Shown here piece by piece: positions 29,270-39,430 of a stretch of 51,018 bases of DNA; position 1 is the stretch's first letter, and each line of letters starts with the position of its first letter. This DNA comes from Thermodesulfobacteriota bacterium. Its GTDB lineage: Bacteria; Desulfobacterota; Desulfobulbia; Desulfobulbales; SURF-16. The stretch spans positions 1 to 51,018 of the forward strand of contig JBDLIE010000017.1 of the NCBI GenBank assembly GCA_039715015.1, in the 5' to 3' direction. The position numbers were made by a program, and so were the translations under genes. Under the pieces are notes generated by a model. The model was not told the DNA's origin. It saw nothing but the letters and a program-made list of their open reading frames with translations, and did no database searches.

Positions 29270-31519
29270 TTATCTGGTTATGCCGGTGAATGGTCCAGGG
29301 CGGTTTCGGTGAAGCTCCTGGCGCAGCTCACTCATTTTCCCCTGGAATTCATTGATATATTGATCAAGAACATCTTCCGTCTCAATAACATAGGGGGTGA
29401 GCATGATCAGAAGTTCAGTCTTCGTCAGCTGCCGGCTCTCAAACTTGAAGAGATAGCCGAGCAGAGGGATGTCCTTAAGGAGTGGTATGCCGCTGTTGAG
29501 GATGGAGTTGTCCGAGTCGATCAGGCCACCGATGAGGATCGACTGGCCGTTTTTAACGGCAAACTTGGTCTTGAGCTCCTTGGTGCTGATGGGGTTTGAT
29601 TGCACACCTTCCTCCTGAATGGGCAGGGCCTTACTCACAGTCTGGTTAATATCAAGAATGATGATGCCGTCATAGTTGATCTGGGGGGTAACCTCAAGAA
29701 TGACACCGGTATCCTTGTACTGGATGGTCTTGTCGACTTTGGCGGCATCGGCATTATTCTCGGTGACGGTGGTGACAATGGGCACCTCCACGCCAACGTT
29801 GACCGTGGCTGTCTCATTGTTTAAGACCAGGACCTGGGGTGAGGAGAGAATGGAAAGATCAGTCTTGCTAGCCAGGGCCTTGAGCAGGCCCTTGACGCTG
29901 TCACCGCCCTGCACCACAAAATTGATGGCCGTGGAAAGGGAGCTTGTCAGGCCGAAGGTGTCCATACTAAAGGTATATGGTGTGCCGTTATGCGAGCCTA
30001 GCTTGTTATTGAGGATGGCCCACTCCACTCCCAGGGAGAGATCGTCCGTAAGGGTCACCTCTGCCACCATAACCTCCACCAGGACCTGGCGGGGCAGGTT
30101 GTCGAGGCGCTCCAGGAGACGGACAATACGGTTGTAGTCAGGGGGAAGGGCGCGAATCAAAATGATGTTTCTCGTGTCGTCGGCCAGAAGCAGGGGCGTT
30201 CCGGCAAAACGCAGGGAGGAGTGGGCGCCTTTGCCTTTACTGGCGGTGGCCTTTGGGAGGGGTGTCTTTTTTTGGATCTTGTTGGTTGTCGGTTTTTTGG
30301 TGGTGGAGGATCGCTTCTCAGCGCTTTTGCTGGATACTGAGTTGTCTTCTTGAATCAGGTTGTTCACCAGTTCGGCAAGTTCACTGGCCACGGTGTTGCG
30401 GGCATTATAGATGTAGATGTTATCCCGATCCTGGCCGGGCGTGACATCCAATTCCGCTATCCATTTCTCGGCATTTTTCACCAGGAAGTCGCTCCTGCTC
30501 ACCAGCAGCAGGGAGCTGATCCTTTCCAAGGGCTGGATGGCAATTCCTTCAAAATTATTGTTGTTGACATGCAGGGTGTTGAGGATTTCCACCACCTCGT
30601 CGCGCAGGTCAAAAAGAGGGGCGTTTTCCACCTTGACCAGGCGAATTTGCAGGGTGGCCAGGGGAGAAACGTCAAGGCGGGAGAGGATGGTAAGGACATC
30701 AATGATCTTACTTTCATAATCACTGATCAGAAGGGTGTTCTGGTTAGCGATGGTAGAGATGGCCCCTTGTTCAGAGAGGTAAGACTCCACCAGCTTGGTG
30801 GCCTCTTGGGCTGCAAGATGCATGATGGGCACGATCTGCAGGATAAGGCGTGATGAGGGTTGGAGATCGGCAATGTCCGCAGAGTCGTTTACCTGCTGGC
30901 CATAGGGCTTGCGGGCCACGTAGATATAGTTGTGGCTCCCTTCATTACGGATATCCAGGCCGTTCATATGCAGAATTTTTTTGAAAATAGGAAAGAGGTT
31001 CTCACTGGCAATCTTGCGGGCCGAGCGGATGTTGACCACCCCCTTGACCTGGGGATCAATCATATAGTTGAGACCTAAGGCGTCGCCGAGAACCTGGATC
31101 ACCTCATAGATGTCGGCATTGTCAAAGTTGAGGAGCAGGCCGTCCGTACTCTCCTGGTCCAGAGGGGTGAGGGCCTGTTGTTCTTGGGCCAAGACTTCTT
31201 GCCAACTGCCTGGCAGGTGCTTGGAAATCGTCATAAGCTTGTCGAGGGCCGGATTGTTCCCTTGGCCCTCGGCTCTAAAATTCCTGGAGAGTGGCGTGCT
31301 AGCCCCTTCGCCGGGAATTTCTTCCTGAACCAGAAGACTTGAGTTGTCCTCCTGCTTGGTTATCCGCGAACTTATCTCTTTAAGGTCGAGGGTGCGGCTG
31401 GTGTCGTGTTGACCACGATCTGCGCAGCCGCTGGTAATAATAAGCAGGCTGGCCAGAAACAGGAGAAAAAGGCTGCGCCTCAGACCCTTATGAGCAGTTA
31501 TTTTGGTAAGAGTTTTCAT
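29270..31519 (-). CDS. gspD: T2SS secretin GspD (lipoprotein signal)
   Basis: LNFDNADI N0 domain, QVLVEVMVAEV, NNETATVNVG, GQSILIGGL, GIPLLKDIPLLGYLF, TELLIMLTP. Confidence 0.95.
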   Translation of the reverse strand: MKTLTKITAHKGLRRSLFLLFLASLLIITSGCADRGQHDTSRTLDLKEISSRITKQEDNSSLLVQEEIPGEGASTPLSRNFRAEGQGNNPALDKLMTISKHLPGSWQEVLAQEQQALTPLDQESTDGLLLNFDNADIYEVIQVLGDALGLNYMIDPQVKGVVNIRSARKIASENLFPIFKKILHMNGLDIRNEGSHNYIYVARKPYGQQVNDSADIADLQPSSRLILQIVPIMHLAAQEATKLVESYLSEQGAISTIANQNTLLISDYESKIIDVLTILSRLDVSPLATLQIRLVKVENAPLFDLRDEVVEILNTLHVNNNNFEGIAIQPLERISSLLLVSRSDFLVKNAEKWIAELDVTPGQDRDNIYIYNARNTVASELAELVNNLIQEDNSVSSKSAEKRSSTTKKPTTNKIQKKTPLPKATASKGKGAHSSLRFAGTPLLLADDTRNIILIRALPPDYNRIVRLLERLDNLPRQVLVEVMVAEVTLTDDLSLGVEWAILNNKLGSHNGTPYTFSMDTFGLTSSLSTAINFVVQGGDSVKGLLKALASKTDLSILSSPQVLVLNNETATVNVGVEVPIVTTVTENNADAAKVDKTIQYKDTGVILEVTPQINYDGIIILDINQTVSKALPIQEEGVQSNPISTKELKTKFAVKNGQSILIGGLIDSDNSILNSGIPLLKDIPLLGYLFKFESRQLTKTELLIMLTPYVIETEDVLDQYINEFQGKMSELRQELHRNRPGPFTGITR

Positions 31520-31530
31520 GATAGTTTGCT

Positions 31531-32190
31531 TTATGGTTTTTTCACTGTCCGGGTTGTGGGCCGGCGTGCTGGGCTAACACTAGGTTTAAGTTTTTTGGTT
31601 GCCGCCGGCGTTTTTTTGCGTGGAGCCACCTGTCGGCGATTTTTATCAGGATCAAAAAGCATTTTCTTAATAGTATCAGATCCTTTCATAAATAAAATAA
31701 AATCAGTGGCGATCTCTGTGACTGTGTAGCCTCCCAGCTCCTCTCCCACTTCAAGCAGGGTAGTTTTCCTACGGCTCGGGGCCTTGGCTTTTGGCCCGGC
31801 ACGTTTGATCTGAGCCGCTGTTTTTGCCTTGATGAGGTAAGAAACGATGGCCTTTTGGTATCCTTCACCCAGAATGGCACCACTAAAGACGACATCATCC
31901 ATGCGAATATTGTTGCCGTAGCCTTTGCCCGCTTTGCCAGGCTGCGATTCTTTGGCCAGGAAACGTTCGGCGTTAAAAAGGTAGTCACTGTTCAAGTCCG
32001 GCAGGGAGGGCTTGATGGCGGGGTTCAGCTTGAGGGGTTCCTGGATCTTGATTCTTTTTGAACGGTCTTTCTTCGTGGCCTCAACTATGTCTTGCTGCGA
32101 GGCAGGTGTTATCCGAAAGGTGTCAATGTTTGCCTTAATAAGCAGAAGACAGAGGAGGGCAAGGAGGGTTGTTATGGCGGGCTTAACCAT
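31531..32190 (-). CDS. T2SS accessory protein, GspC/GspN-like position
   Basis: Single N-terminal TM, LFNAER, GEELGGYTVTEI beta-rich motif; sits between gspM and gspD. Confidence 0.6.
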   Translation of the reverse strand: MVKPAITTLLALLCLLLIKANIDTFRITPASQQDIVEATKKDRSKRIKIQEPLKLNPAIKPSLPDLNSDYLFNAERFLAKESQPGKAGKGYGNNIRMDDVVFSGAILGEGYQKAIVSYLIKAKTAAQIKRAGPKAKAPSRRKTTLLEVGEELGGYTVTEIATDFILFMKGSDTIKKMLFDPDKNRRQVAPRKKTPAATKKLKPSVSPARRPTTRTVKKP

Positions 32191-32785
32191 TCTTCTTCCT
32201 CCTTATGCTTTTCTTCTTTGCCTTAACGGCTTTGTCTTTGACATCGTAAAAGGCCTTGAGGTCCATGAAGACCTTAACCCCTTTGAGCTTATCCGGCTTA
32301 AGGGTGCAGTTTTCAATCAGGAAAAATTTGTCATTGCGGTACAGGGCAGCCAGAAAGACAGCAAAATTTTCAAGGCTGCCATTGATGCGTAATTTGATAT
32401 TAATGCTCTGAATGCCGCCTTCACGGGTCTTGCCGCCGAGAGGGCGTAAAGATTCCGGCTCAAGGCCAGCCTCGGAAATGAGTGATTGGAGACGGATCTG
32501 AATGGTTGAGGTGATGGTGTCGGCATTCGGGCCCTTGAATAGGACGGCTTCCGCCTTCTTCATCTCGCGCTCAAGCAGGGCCACTTCTTTTTTGAGAGAG
32601 GGCAGCTTGCGGCTACTCTTTAACTGGGCAAAGAGGGTTGCTTCTTTTGTCTCTATTTCAGAAGCCTTTTCCTGATATGCGCCAATTGTGAGGCGTATAA
32701 GGCCGAAACAGAGAAAGAGGCCAGCCAGGCCAACCAGCAGGGTTTTCCTGTCCATATTCAGGAGGGGGGCAAGGGAGAAATTCAT
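32183..32785 (-). CDS. gspM: GspM / PilO-like inner-membrane platform protein
   Basis: TM + coiled coil + ferredoxin-like C-terminus (INGSLENFAVFLAAL); operon position. Confidence 0.7.
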   Translation of the reverse strand: MNFSLAPLLNMDRKTLLVGLAGLFLCFGLIRLTIGAYQEKASEIETKEATLFAQLKSSRKLPSLKKEVALLEREMKKAEAVLFKGPNADTITSTIQIRLQSLISEAGLEPESLRPLGGKTREGGIQSINIKLRINGSLENFAVFLAALYRNDKFFLIENCTLKPDKLKGVKVFMDLKAFYDVKDKAVKAKKKSIRRKKNG

Positions 32786-33927
32786 GGCATGCTCACCTCC
32801 AGGTGGAAATAGGTCTGGTTCCGCCGTTTCAGGGTGGATTTCAGAGTGGCGGAGCCGAGATTGGGAATTTGTGCAGTGAGTTCGTGCAGATCACGGGTGT
32901 ATCCCTGGATGGTGATGGTCTGCGTTTTCTGATCTATGCGGAGCTGATCAAGATAGGCAGTGCTGGGCAGTTTTTTGCTGATGTTGGCCATGAAGGCGAT
33001 GAGATCTTTGTTTGTCCCCATGGCCCGGTAATCGTCCAGCTTGTTTTTCAGCTTCTTGATCCTGGTTTTGAGTTTAAGGGCTGCCTCGGCATCGGCTTTA
33101 GTCGATTCTATCTGGTGATCTATGAGGTTTTCTTGACGATAAAGAGCGATACTCTTGCCAGTGCCAAGGAGAAGGATGAGGATGAGATTGGCGGCTGCCA
33201 GGCCGATCAGGGCTTTCTTGATATAGTCGGGCCTCCGGAAGGAGGGAGGCAACATGTCAAATTCTCTGGCGCTGGCAGTTTGGCCAAGAAGGGCCATGGC
33301 AGATGGTTCGCCGCCCTCAACGTTGCCGAGGCGATACAAGGTGGCGTCACCTGTGCGCTCCCTGATCTGGGCAGCGTTTACCTCGCCTGAACAGATATCC
33401 CGGCCAACTACCTTGCCCTGCTTGAAATGGGTTATTTTGCCGAATCGGCCAGGGCTCCATAGAGACCAGGATGTCTTCCGGTTATCGGCGTTGAGGTAGC
33501 GTTGGCTCTCTGGGTAGAGACCAATAAGATGGGCACCTGCCTCAAAAAGTATGTGTAAAAAAGGGAAGATCTGTGATCTCCTGCAGAAATAGAGAGTGAT
33601 CGAGTAGCCCTCTTTGCTGCGTTTTGACCTAAAGGTATAGAGGCTGTCTCCCCCAAAAGGACTGAGCATGTCGAGCTGGAGGGCGATGGCTTTTTTCAGA
33701 TCAGGGGTCTGGCGGGGCAGAGTGATCTGGGTGAAGAAAAGAAGCTCCTCGGCGAGATAGACGTCAACGTCCGCCCCGGCCAGGGCAGGGCAGTTCTCAA
33801 GCTTGGGAATGGCCTTGGCAAAGGCTGTGCTGTCGGCGGAAAGGTCTTTGGTTTGATAGCCCTCAGCGCTTTGCCAGCCAATGGCGGTGGAGGCGCTTTT
33901 TAGGAAGATGTCAAGACGTTTGCTCAT
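32782..33927 (-). CDS. gspL: GspL / PilN-like protein
   Basis: Cytoplasmic domain (LPRQ..DLKKAIALQLDMLSPF), TM, PilN-like LPSTAYLDQL...ITIQG; ATGA overlap with gspK. Confidence 0.75.
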   Translation of the reverse strand: MSKRLDIFLKSASTAIGWQSAEGYQTKDLSADSTAFAKAIPKLENCPALAGADVDVYLAEELLFFTQITLPRQTPDLKKAIALQLDMLSPFGGDSLYTFRSKRSKEGYSITLYFCRRSQIFPFLHILFEAGAHLIGLYPESQRYLNADNRKTSWSLWSPGRFGKITHFKQGKVVGRDICSGEVNAAQIRERTGDATLYRLGNVEGGEPSAMALLGQTASAREFDMLPPSFRRPDYIKKALIGLAAANLILILLLGTGKSIALYRQENLIDHQIESTKADAEAALKLKTRIKKLKNKLDDYRAMGTNKDLIAFMANISKKLPSTAYLDQLRIDQKTQTITIQGYTRDLHELTAQIPNLGSATLKSTLKRRNQTYFHLEVSMP

Positions 33928-34892
33928 GACCATTCCTCCTGCCAGCCGTAGTAGTTCAGTTTTATGTCGTTTTTTTCAAAGAGGACAGTGACCTTGGTCC
34001 CTGGCCGCTCATCTGTCTCCTGGTTTTCTTCCTGAAGTCCGGCATAGCCTGTAGCGGTTACCGTGTAGAAAGGCACCTTATTGTCAGAGTAGGTGAGAAA
34101 ATCGGCGCATTGCTGGTAGCGGTCATTGTCCAGAACGAGTTGGGCCTCCACTACAGAGAGGTCGCCCTGATTTTCACGTAGTTCATGGTAGGTGGCGATC
34201 TTGTCCGGGTCGTTTTCGGTGAGGAAGGCCAGCATGGCAGGGCTCAGGCTGTTGAAGTTTATTTTCCCCTTTGGGTTATGGACGGTGAAGGTCTCAGAGA
34301 TTTTTATCATGTCCCCGATCTTTTCAGCACCGCGGATTAGGTTCAGTTCACTGACCTCAATGAGCTTGCCGTTTCGAGCCCGGTACGGGGGCTCTAATTC
34401 CTGGTAATATTCATCTTCAGCGCCCTGCAGACGGTGGAGGTTGTCGGCGTCCCGCCAGTCCTCAAGGGAGTCGGTAAGGGTGGCCAGTTCATCATCCTCC
34501 ATGCCGAGAAAATCACCAAAGGTAGTGAGGAGATGACGGCTGGCGCCATTAAGATCTATTTTCCCTGATTCGTTGACCAGCACGTAAGCCAGCCGACCTG
34601 TGTCCAGGGTAATCTCATGTTCTTTACCCAGATAGGTGAAGGTGATTTGCTCATCGTCAATGTCCAGGGGAGTGTCAAGAAGGGTAAAGAGCGCCTGGTT
34701 AATGCCGCCGTGGGCCAAGGCCCGGCCCACAAGGCGTTGCCTGGTATTGAAACCCTCCAGGGTGCCGACCCGCACGGCAAAGGTCAGCTCCGCAGCGAGA
34801 ACCGTTACCAGAAGCAGGATAAGAATCACCACCACCAGGGCAAAGCCGGAGGAGTGTTGGTTGTTCTTGCTGGGTGGACGAAGGAGGGTCAT
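33924..34892 (-). CDS. gspK: T2SS minor pseudopilin GspK
   Basis: G|FALVVV, ESGKIDLN, DWRDAD, GAEDEYY, ELNLIRG, GKINFN. Confidence 0.92.
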   Translation of the reverse strand: MTLLRPPSKNNQHSSGFALVVVILILLLVTVLAAELTFAVRVGTLEGFNTRQRLVGRALAHGGINQALFTLLDTPLDIDDEQITFTYLGKEHEITLDTGRLAYVLVNESGKIDLNGASRHLLTTFGDFLGMEDDELATLTDSLEDWRDADNLHRLQGAEDEYYQELEPPYRARNGKLIEVSELNLIRGAEKIGDMIKISETFTVHNPKGKINFNSLSPAMLAFLTENDPDKIATYHELRENQGDLSVVEAQLVLDNDRYQQCADFLTYSDNKVPFYTVTATGYAGLQEENQETDERPGTKVTVLFEKNDIKLNYYGWQEEWS

Positions 34893-34914
34893 GGTCTCTT
34901 AGTAGTTTTTTTTG

Positions 34915-35241
34915 TTATTTCCTTTGAAGCTGCAGGCTTTGTAACAAGCCCGTTTCACTGGTGGCAATAGAAAGCGTGTAGGTGGTTCCTTCCAGGAAGA
35001 TCTCGTTGTCATTTTCTTCATAATCCAGGGCTGGGCCTCTATATTTGATGTTTTCCGTCATAACGGCGTCCTGGCTAAAGAAAAACTCCAGCTTCTCTTC
35101 CATTTTATTGAGACGATGCATGGAGGATGAAAAGCTCTCAAGCACAGCCACATAGCTCAGGCCAAGAAGAAGCACGGCTGTCATCACCTCAAGGAGGGTA
35201 AAGCCTTTAGCACTGTTATTGTAGCGAAAAAACTCAGCCAT
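34915..35241 (-). CDS. Minor pseudopilin (GspI-like)
   Basis: G|FTLLEVM prepilin motif, 108 aa. Confidence 0.8.
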   Translation of the reverse strand: MAEFFRYNNSAKGFTLLEVMTAVLLLGLSYVAVLESFSSSMHRLNKMEEKLEFFFSQDAVMTENIKYRGPALDYEENDNEIFLEGTTYTLSIATSETGLLQSLQLQRK

Positions 35242-35834
35242 CAGCTAACCTCCAGCACTTCCGGCGCACACCAGGGCCTGAATTCATAAGTCTGATCAAT
35301 ATAAATGAGGGTCACGGTATTGCTCTCCTCATCAAAATCAAGGGATAATCCTCGCGGCACTGTGATTAAGGCCATCATATCACTGTAGTCTGGGATCAGC
35401 TCCGTGTAGTCGGGGTTATAAAAATCCTTTTTCTCCAAATAATAGAGGGTGTTTTCCTCTGGGTTGTAGCGGTAAAAGGCCATTACTACTTGGCCTGTTC
35501 GTGCCTGGAACGGGGTGGCTGTGGCCAGGCGTAAAAGGTCTTTTCTACCGGAAATGAGGACTTTTCTAGTAGTGGTTGGGTTTCGCCAGCCACTCTGCAC
35601 CTGGCGCTGGAGCAGGGAGACAAGGGCGTAATGCTCTTCGATCTCCCGGCTTTTATTTTCACCCTTGCCGGCAAAGAAAATGGAGCGGTTAAGCATGGAG
35701 TAGATCATGCCTGAGGCGATGGTGAGAAGGAGCATGGCCACCATAACCTCAAGGAGGCTGAGGCCAGTTTGGTTTTCCTGAATGGTCGGTTCATTACAGG
35801 GAAATGTGTAGTGTAGGTGCCGGTCTTGTTTCAT
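35241..35834 (-). CDS. Minor pseudopilin (GspJ-like)
   Basis: G|LSLLEVMVAM prepilin motif, 197 aa. Confidence 0.8.
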   Translation of the reverse strand: MKQDRHLHYTFPCNEPTIQENQTGLSLLEVMVAMLLLTIASGMIYSMLNRSIFFAGKGENKSREIEEHYALVSLLQRQVQSGWRNPTTTRKVLISGRKDLLRLATATPFQARTGQVVMAFYRYNPEENTLYYLEKKDFYNPDYTELIPDYSDMMALITVPRGLSLDFDEESNTVTLIYIDQTYEFRPWCAPEVLEVS

Positions 35835-35848
35835 TTCTTTCAGTGTCC

Positions 35849-35926
35849 GTAGGAGCTCACCCCTGTGAGCGATAGGAGGGTGAGCAAAAGATCGTCTCTT
35901 TATCGCCCGGAGGGCCGGGCTCCTAC
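35849..35926. repeat. GTAG-family REP doublet (REPIN-like), copy 1
   Basis: GTAGGAGCTCACCCCTGTGAGCGAT ... ATCGCCCGGAGGGCCGGGCTCCTAC; second copy at 49579-49661. Confidence 0.85.
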
Positions 35927-35938
35927 ATCAATTAATTC

Positions 35939-36352
35939 TCATATTTTGTTTGGTTGGCCGGTGAGGGGGTTGATTTGTAGTGTCCGGTGCCGTTCGTTGC
36001 TGCTTATTTCAATGGTGGCCGGGGTGGCCCAGCCTTCAGGAGAAAAGAAGATGCGTTCCGGCTCCATGGCCAGGGTTACTCCCGGTTTAAATGGTTTCAC
36101 CACCTTCGCCCCTTGGGCAAGTTGGACCATCAAGACATCTTCTTCCAGGGTTACTGTTACTGGTTTTCCCTGACTCACCGCCATGAGCTTCCAGCCCCGG
36201 ACCTGGGCCATGACCTCGTTGACCTCCTTGCGGAAGGTGATCTTGGCGAGCATGTTGGTCACCGGTGGGGCGGCAATCACCATGGCCAAGGCAACAATGG
36301 CCATGGCAGCCAGAATCTCAAAAAGTGAAAAGCCATGCTCCCTGGTCTTCAT
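35939..36352 (-). CDS. Minor pseudopilin (GspH/FimT-like)
   Basis: G|FSLFEILAAM, AVSQGKPV, IFFSPEG, INPLTG. Confidence 0.85.
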   Translation of the reverse strand: MKTREHGFSLFEILAAMAIVALAMVIAAPPVTNMLAKITFRKEVNEVMAQVRGWKLMAVSQGKPVTVTLEEDVLMVQLAQGAKVVKPFKPGVTLAMEPERIFFSPEGWATPATIEISSNERHRTLQINPLTGQPNKI

Positions 36353-36355
36353 TTA

Positions 36356-37567
36356 TCAACCTGTAATATCGTTCATGCCCAAAATAACCCCGAGCATGGA
36401 TAAAACAATATAGCCGGCCCCAAAGGACATGATCAGCAAAAAGGCCGGTTCCACCAAGGCGATAAAACGTTTGAGCCGTTCTTTAAGCTGTTTCTCAAAA
36501 TGTTGGGCGATCTGGCCGCAGGTTTCGCCAACCCGGCCCGACTCCTCACCAATTGCCAGCAGGTCAACGGCCAGATCAGGGATCAGATTGCCGTGCAGTT
36601 TGGGCGCCACCTGTTGTCCTTCTTTTAGGGCCACCGTGGCCCTGGCCAGCAGTTCTTTGTAATGACGGTTGGTGGCAACACCAGCACTGATCCGCAGGGC
36701 TGTGACCAGATGGACACCGTTTTTGACCAGCACCTCCAGGGTCCTGAAAATACGGGTGGTTTCAATATCACGCACAAATCCCTTGAGAACCGGAAACTTG
36801 ATGGCCATATCGTCAAAACTTTGCTGGCCCCGCTCGCTCTTGGCATAGAAAAAGAGGAGGGCGGGCAGGCCAGTCAGGACAAGAAGGGTCAGTAGGAGGT
36901 GGCTGCTCATAAAATCAGCAATTGCCATGAGCATAGCCACGTTCATGGGCAGCTCTTTGCCCATGCCCTCAAAGAGCACCTTGAAACGGGGCAGGATAAC
37001 GGTGAACAGAACAATGAGGATGCCAAAACCGGCGGTGAGCAGGATCAGGGGATAGATGGAACTTGAGATGACAAACTGGCGAAGTTCCCTGGCCTGGGCC
37101 TGGTAGTCCGCAATATTGTCAAGCATCTCCGGCAGCACGCCGCCTTCCTCACCGGCCTTGACAATATTGGCGTACATGGAGTTGAAGGCAGGTTCCTCCA
37201 ACAGGGCGGTGGACAGGGCCAACCCTTCTTTTAACTTGTTTTCCAAGCGGATGGCGAAATCCCGCAGCTCCATTTTTTCTGTCTGCTTGGCGATGAGGCG
37301 CAGGGCGCCATCCAGGGACATGCCGCCTTTAACCAGCAGGGCAAGCTGGGAGGTGAAAAATTCTATATCAGCGCTTTTCAGCCGCCCGCTGCGCATCTTG
37401 GCGCCGGCAAAGAGGGAGCTGCTCTTCTTCTTTTCATAAGGCGCAATACTAAAGGGGCGCAGACCCTGGCGAAGCAGAAGCTGGCTGGCGGTGTGAATGT
37501 CATCACCTTCGATGACCCCCTCGGTTACACCTTCAGGAGATTGGGCCTGATACTTAAACAATGGCAT
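36356..37567 (-). CDS. gspF: T2SS inner-membrane protein GspF
   Basis: MPLFKYQA start, AGEEGGVL, SIYP, IGEESG, LVEP. Confidence 0.93.
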   Translation of the reverse strand: MPLFKYQAQSPEGVTEGVIEGDDIHTASQLLLRQGLRPFSIAPYEKKKSSSLFAGAKMRSGRLKSADIEFFTSQLALLVKGGMSLDGALRLIAKQTEKMELRDFAIRLENKLKEGLALSTALLEEPAFNSMYANIVKAGEEGGVLPEMLDNIADYQAQARELRQFVISSSIYPLILLTAGFGILIVLFTVILPRFKVLFEGMGKELPMNVAMLMAIADFMSSHLLLTLLVLTGLPALLFFYAKSERGQQSFDDMAIKFPVLKGFVRDIETTRIFRTLEVLVKNGVHLVTALRISAGVATNRHYKELLARATVALKEGQQVAPKLHGNLIPDLAVDLLAIGEESGRVGETCGQIAQHFEKQLKERLKRFIALVEPAFLLIMSFGAGYIVLSMLGVILGMNDITG

Positions 37568-39272
37568 TTTCCATCTCCCTGGCCACACGCATGACCTCCG
37601 GCAGAGTGGTCATGCCGGCGCGGGCCTTATCGAGGCCGTCAATGAACATCTCTGTAAAGCCGTGCTTACGGGCCACCTCTTCAAGTTTTTTAAGGTCTTC
37701 ACCCCGCGAGATACAACCGCAGAGGTCGCTGTTCATGGTGAGTAGTTCGTAGATCCCCATCCGACCGATAAAGCCAGTGCCGGCGCAGTGCTTACATCCC
37801 TTGCCGGCAAAGGTCTGAAAATCGCCGCCACCAGGCACCGCACCCAACTGCTCAGCGGCTGTGCCCTGTTCAGTTCGGCAATTGGGGCAAATTTTCCTGA
37901 CCAGGCGCTGGGCCAGAATTCCCCGTAATGCTGAGGAGATGAGAAAACGCTCGACACCAAGATCCACCATGCGCATCACGGCAGACAAGGCATCGTTGGT
38001 GTGGAGGGTGGAAAAAACCAGGTGGCCGGTGAGGGAGGACTGTACGGCAATTTCAGCAGTTTCCAGATCGCGGATTTCACCCACCATGATGATGTCCGGG
38101 TCCTGGCGGACAATAGCGCGCAGTCCCTGGGCAAAGGTGAGGCCGATCTCCGGTTTGATCTGTATCTGGTTGATGCCGTGGAGCTGGTATTCCACAGGGT
38201 CTTCAATGGTGATGATCTTGTTGGAGCCGGTATTGATCTTGTGAAGGGCGCAGTAGAGGGAGGTCGTCTTACCGGAACCAGTGGGGCCGGTGACCAGGAT
38301 GATGCCGTTTGGCAGGTTGATCAGTTCTTCAAACTCATGCTCCAGTTTTGGAGGCATGCCCAGGCTGCTGAGGTCAAGGATGATGCTGGTCTTCTCCAGA
38401 ATACGGATGACTATCCCCTCGCCGTGGATGGTGGGCAGGGTGGAGACACGCAGGTCCACCTCTTTACCGCTGAGGCGCAGCGAAATCTTGCCGTCCTGGG
38501 GCACCCGGCGTTCGGCAATATCGAGACCGGCAAGGAGCTTGACCCGGGAGATAATGGCGGCCTGCATGGAGCGCAGCGGAGTTTCATGGTCATAGAGAAC
38601 ACCGTCAATCCGGAAGCGTACCAGCTGACCATCCTCAAAGGATTCAATATGGATATCTGAGGCCCGACGGTCCAAGGCAGTATCCACCAGGTTGTTAACA
38701 TAGCGGATAACAGGAGCCTCGGAGGCCATGTCTTTAAGTTTATCGACATCCGCCTCATCCAGGGAAAGTTGTTCTGATTCCGGCTTGTTGAAGCCAAGAT
38801 CATAATGGTCGTCACAGAGGGTGCGCAATTCTGCTTCGGCCATGAGCTCAATGGTAAAATAGTCAGCGGCAGGCGGGGGAGAGTCGGCCTCCTGCTGGGC
38901 ATGAAGGAGCTGCAGGCTTATTTCAGCGGCATTAATGATCTCGCTATTTTCCGGGCTATGGGTGATGAGAATAACCTCATCGTCGCGCTGGACAAGAGCA
39001 AAGGGGTGGCCTTGATGAAAGATCTTCGGTAGCTCAACAGGCAGAAAAATTTCTGATTCCTGGGGGTGGTAGAGCTTAAGGTCGAGCTGCTCAGCCTGAG
39101 CGATCAAGATATCCTGACTGCTGACAAAGCCAAGGGAGACAATGATCTCAGCAAGGCTTTGGGGGACGGTCTCAAGATGGGCCACGGCGCGGTCGAGCTG
39201 CTCCGGGCTTATTTTGCCGCTGTTGATCAACAGCGGTCCGAGGTCGTCTTTTTTTGTGAAGATAACGGTCAT
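37554..39272 (-). CDS. gspE: T2SS ATPase GspE
   Basis: ASDIHIE, GPTGSGKTT, TIEDPVE, RQDPDIIMVGEIRD, LHTND, CPNC/CKHC zinc motif. Confidence 0.96.
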   Translation of the reverse strand: MTVIFTKKDDLGPLLINSGKISPEQLDRAVAHLETVPQSLAEIIVSLGFVSSQDILIAQAEQLDLKLYHPQESEIFLPVELPKIFHQGHPFALVQRDDEVILITHSPENSEIINAAEISLQLLHAQQEADSPPPAADYFTIELMAEAELRTLCDDHYDLGFNKPESEQLSLDEADVDKLKDMASEAPVIRYVNNLVDTALDRRASDIHIESFEDGQLVRFRIDGVLYDHETPLRSMQAAIISRVKLLAGLDIAERRVPQDGKISLRLSGKEVDLRVSTLPTIHGEGIVIRILEKTSIILDLSSLGMPPKLEHEFEELINLPNGIILVTGPTGSGKTTSLYCALHKINTGSNKIITIEDPVEYQLHGINQIQIKPEIGLTFAQGLRAIVRQDPDIIMVGEIRDLETAEIAVQSSLTGHLVFSTLHTNDALSAVMRMVDLGVERFLISSALRGILAQRLVRKICPNCRTEQGTAAEQLGAVPGGGDFQTFAGKGCKHCAGTGFIGRMGIYELLTMNSDLCGCISRGEDLKKLEEVARKHGFTEMFIDGLDKARAGMTTLPEVMRVAREMENAIV

Positions 39273-39414
39273 AGGGCAGGTGGTGGTTTCTATCTCATTA
39301 TATGAGCTAAACGGTTGTTTCTGTTTACCATTCCCTCAACAATTAACAACAGGAAAGAGACATGAAGCAGTTTGTGGCCCTTAAGGATGGGCTCAGAATG
39401 CGCTTAATAAAGAC

Positions 39415-39430
39415 AGCATGTTCTGTGCCA
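39415..39430 (-). promoter_or_regulatory. Sigma-54 (-24/-12) promoter of the T2SS operon
   Basis: Minus strand TGGCACAGAACATGCT: GG-N10-GC, ~140 bp upstream of gspE. Confidence 0.65.
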
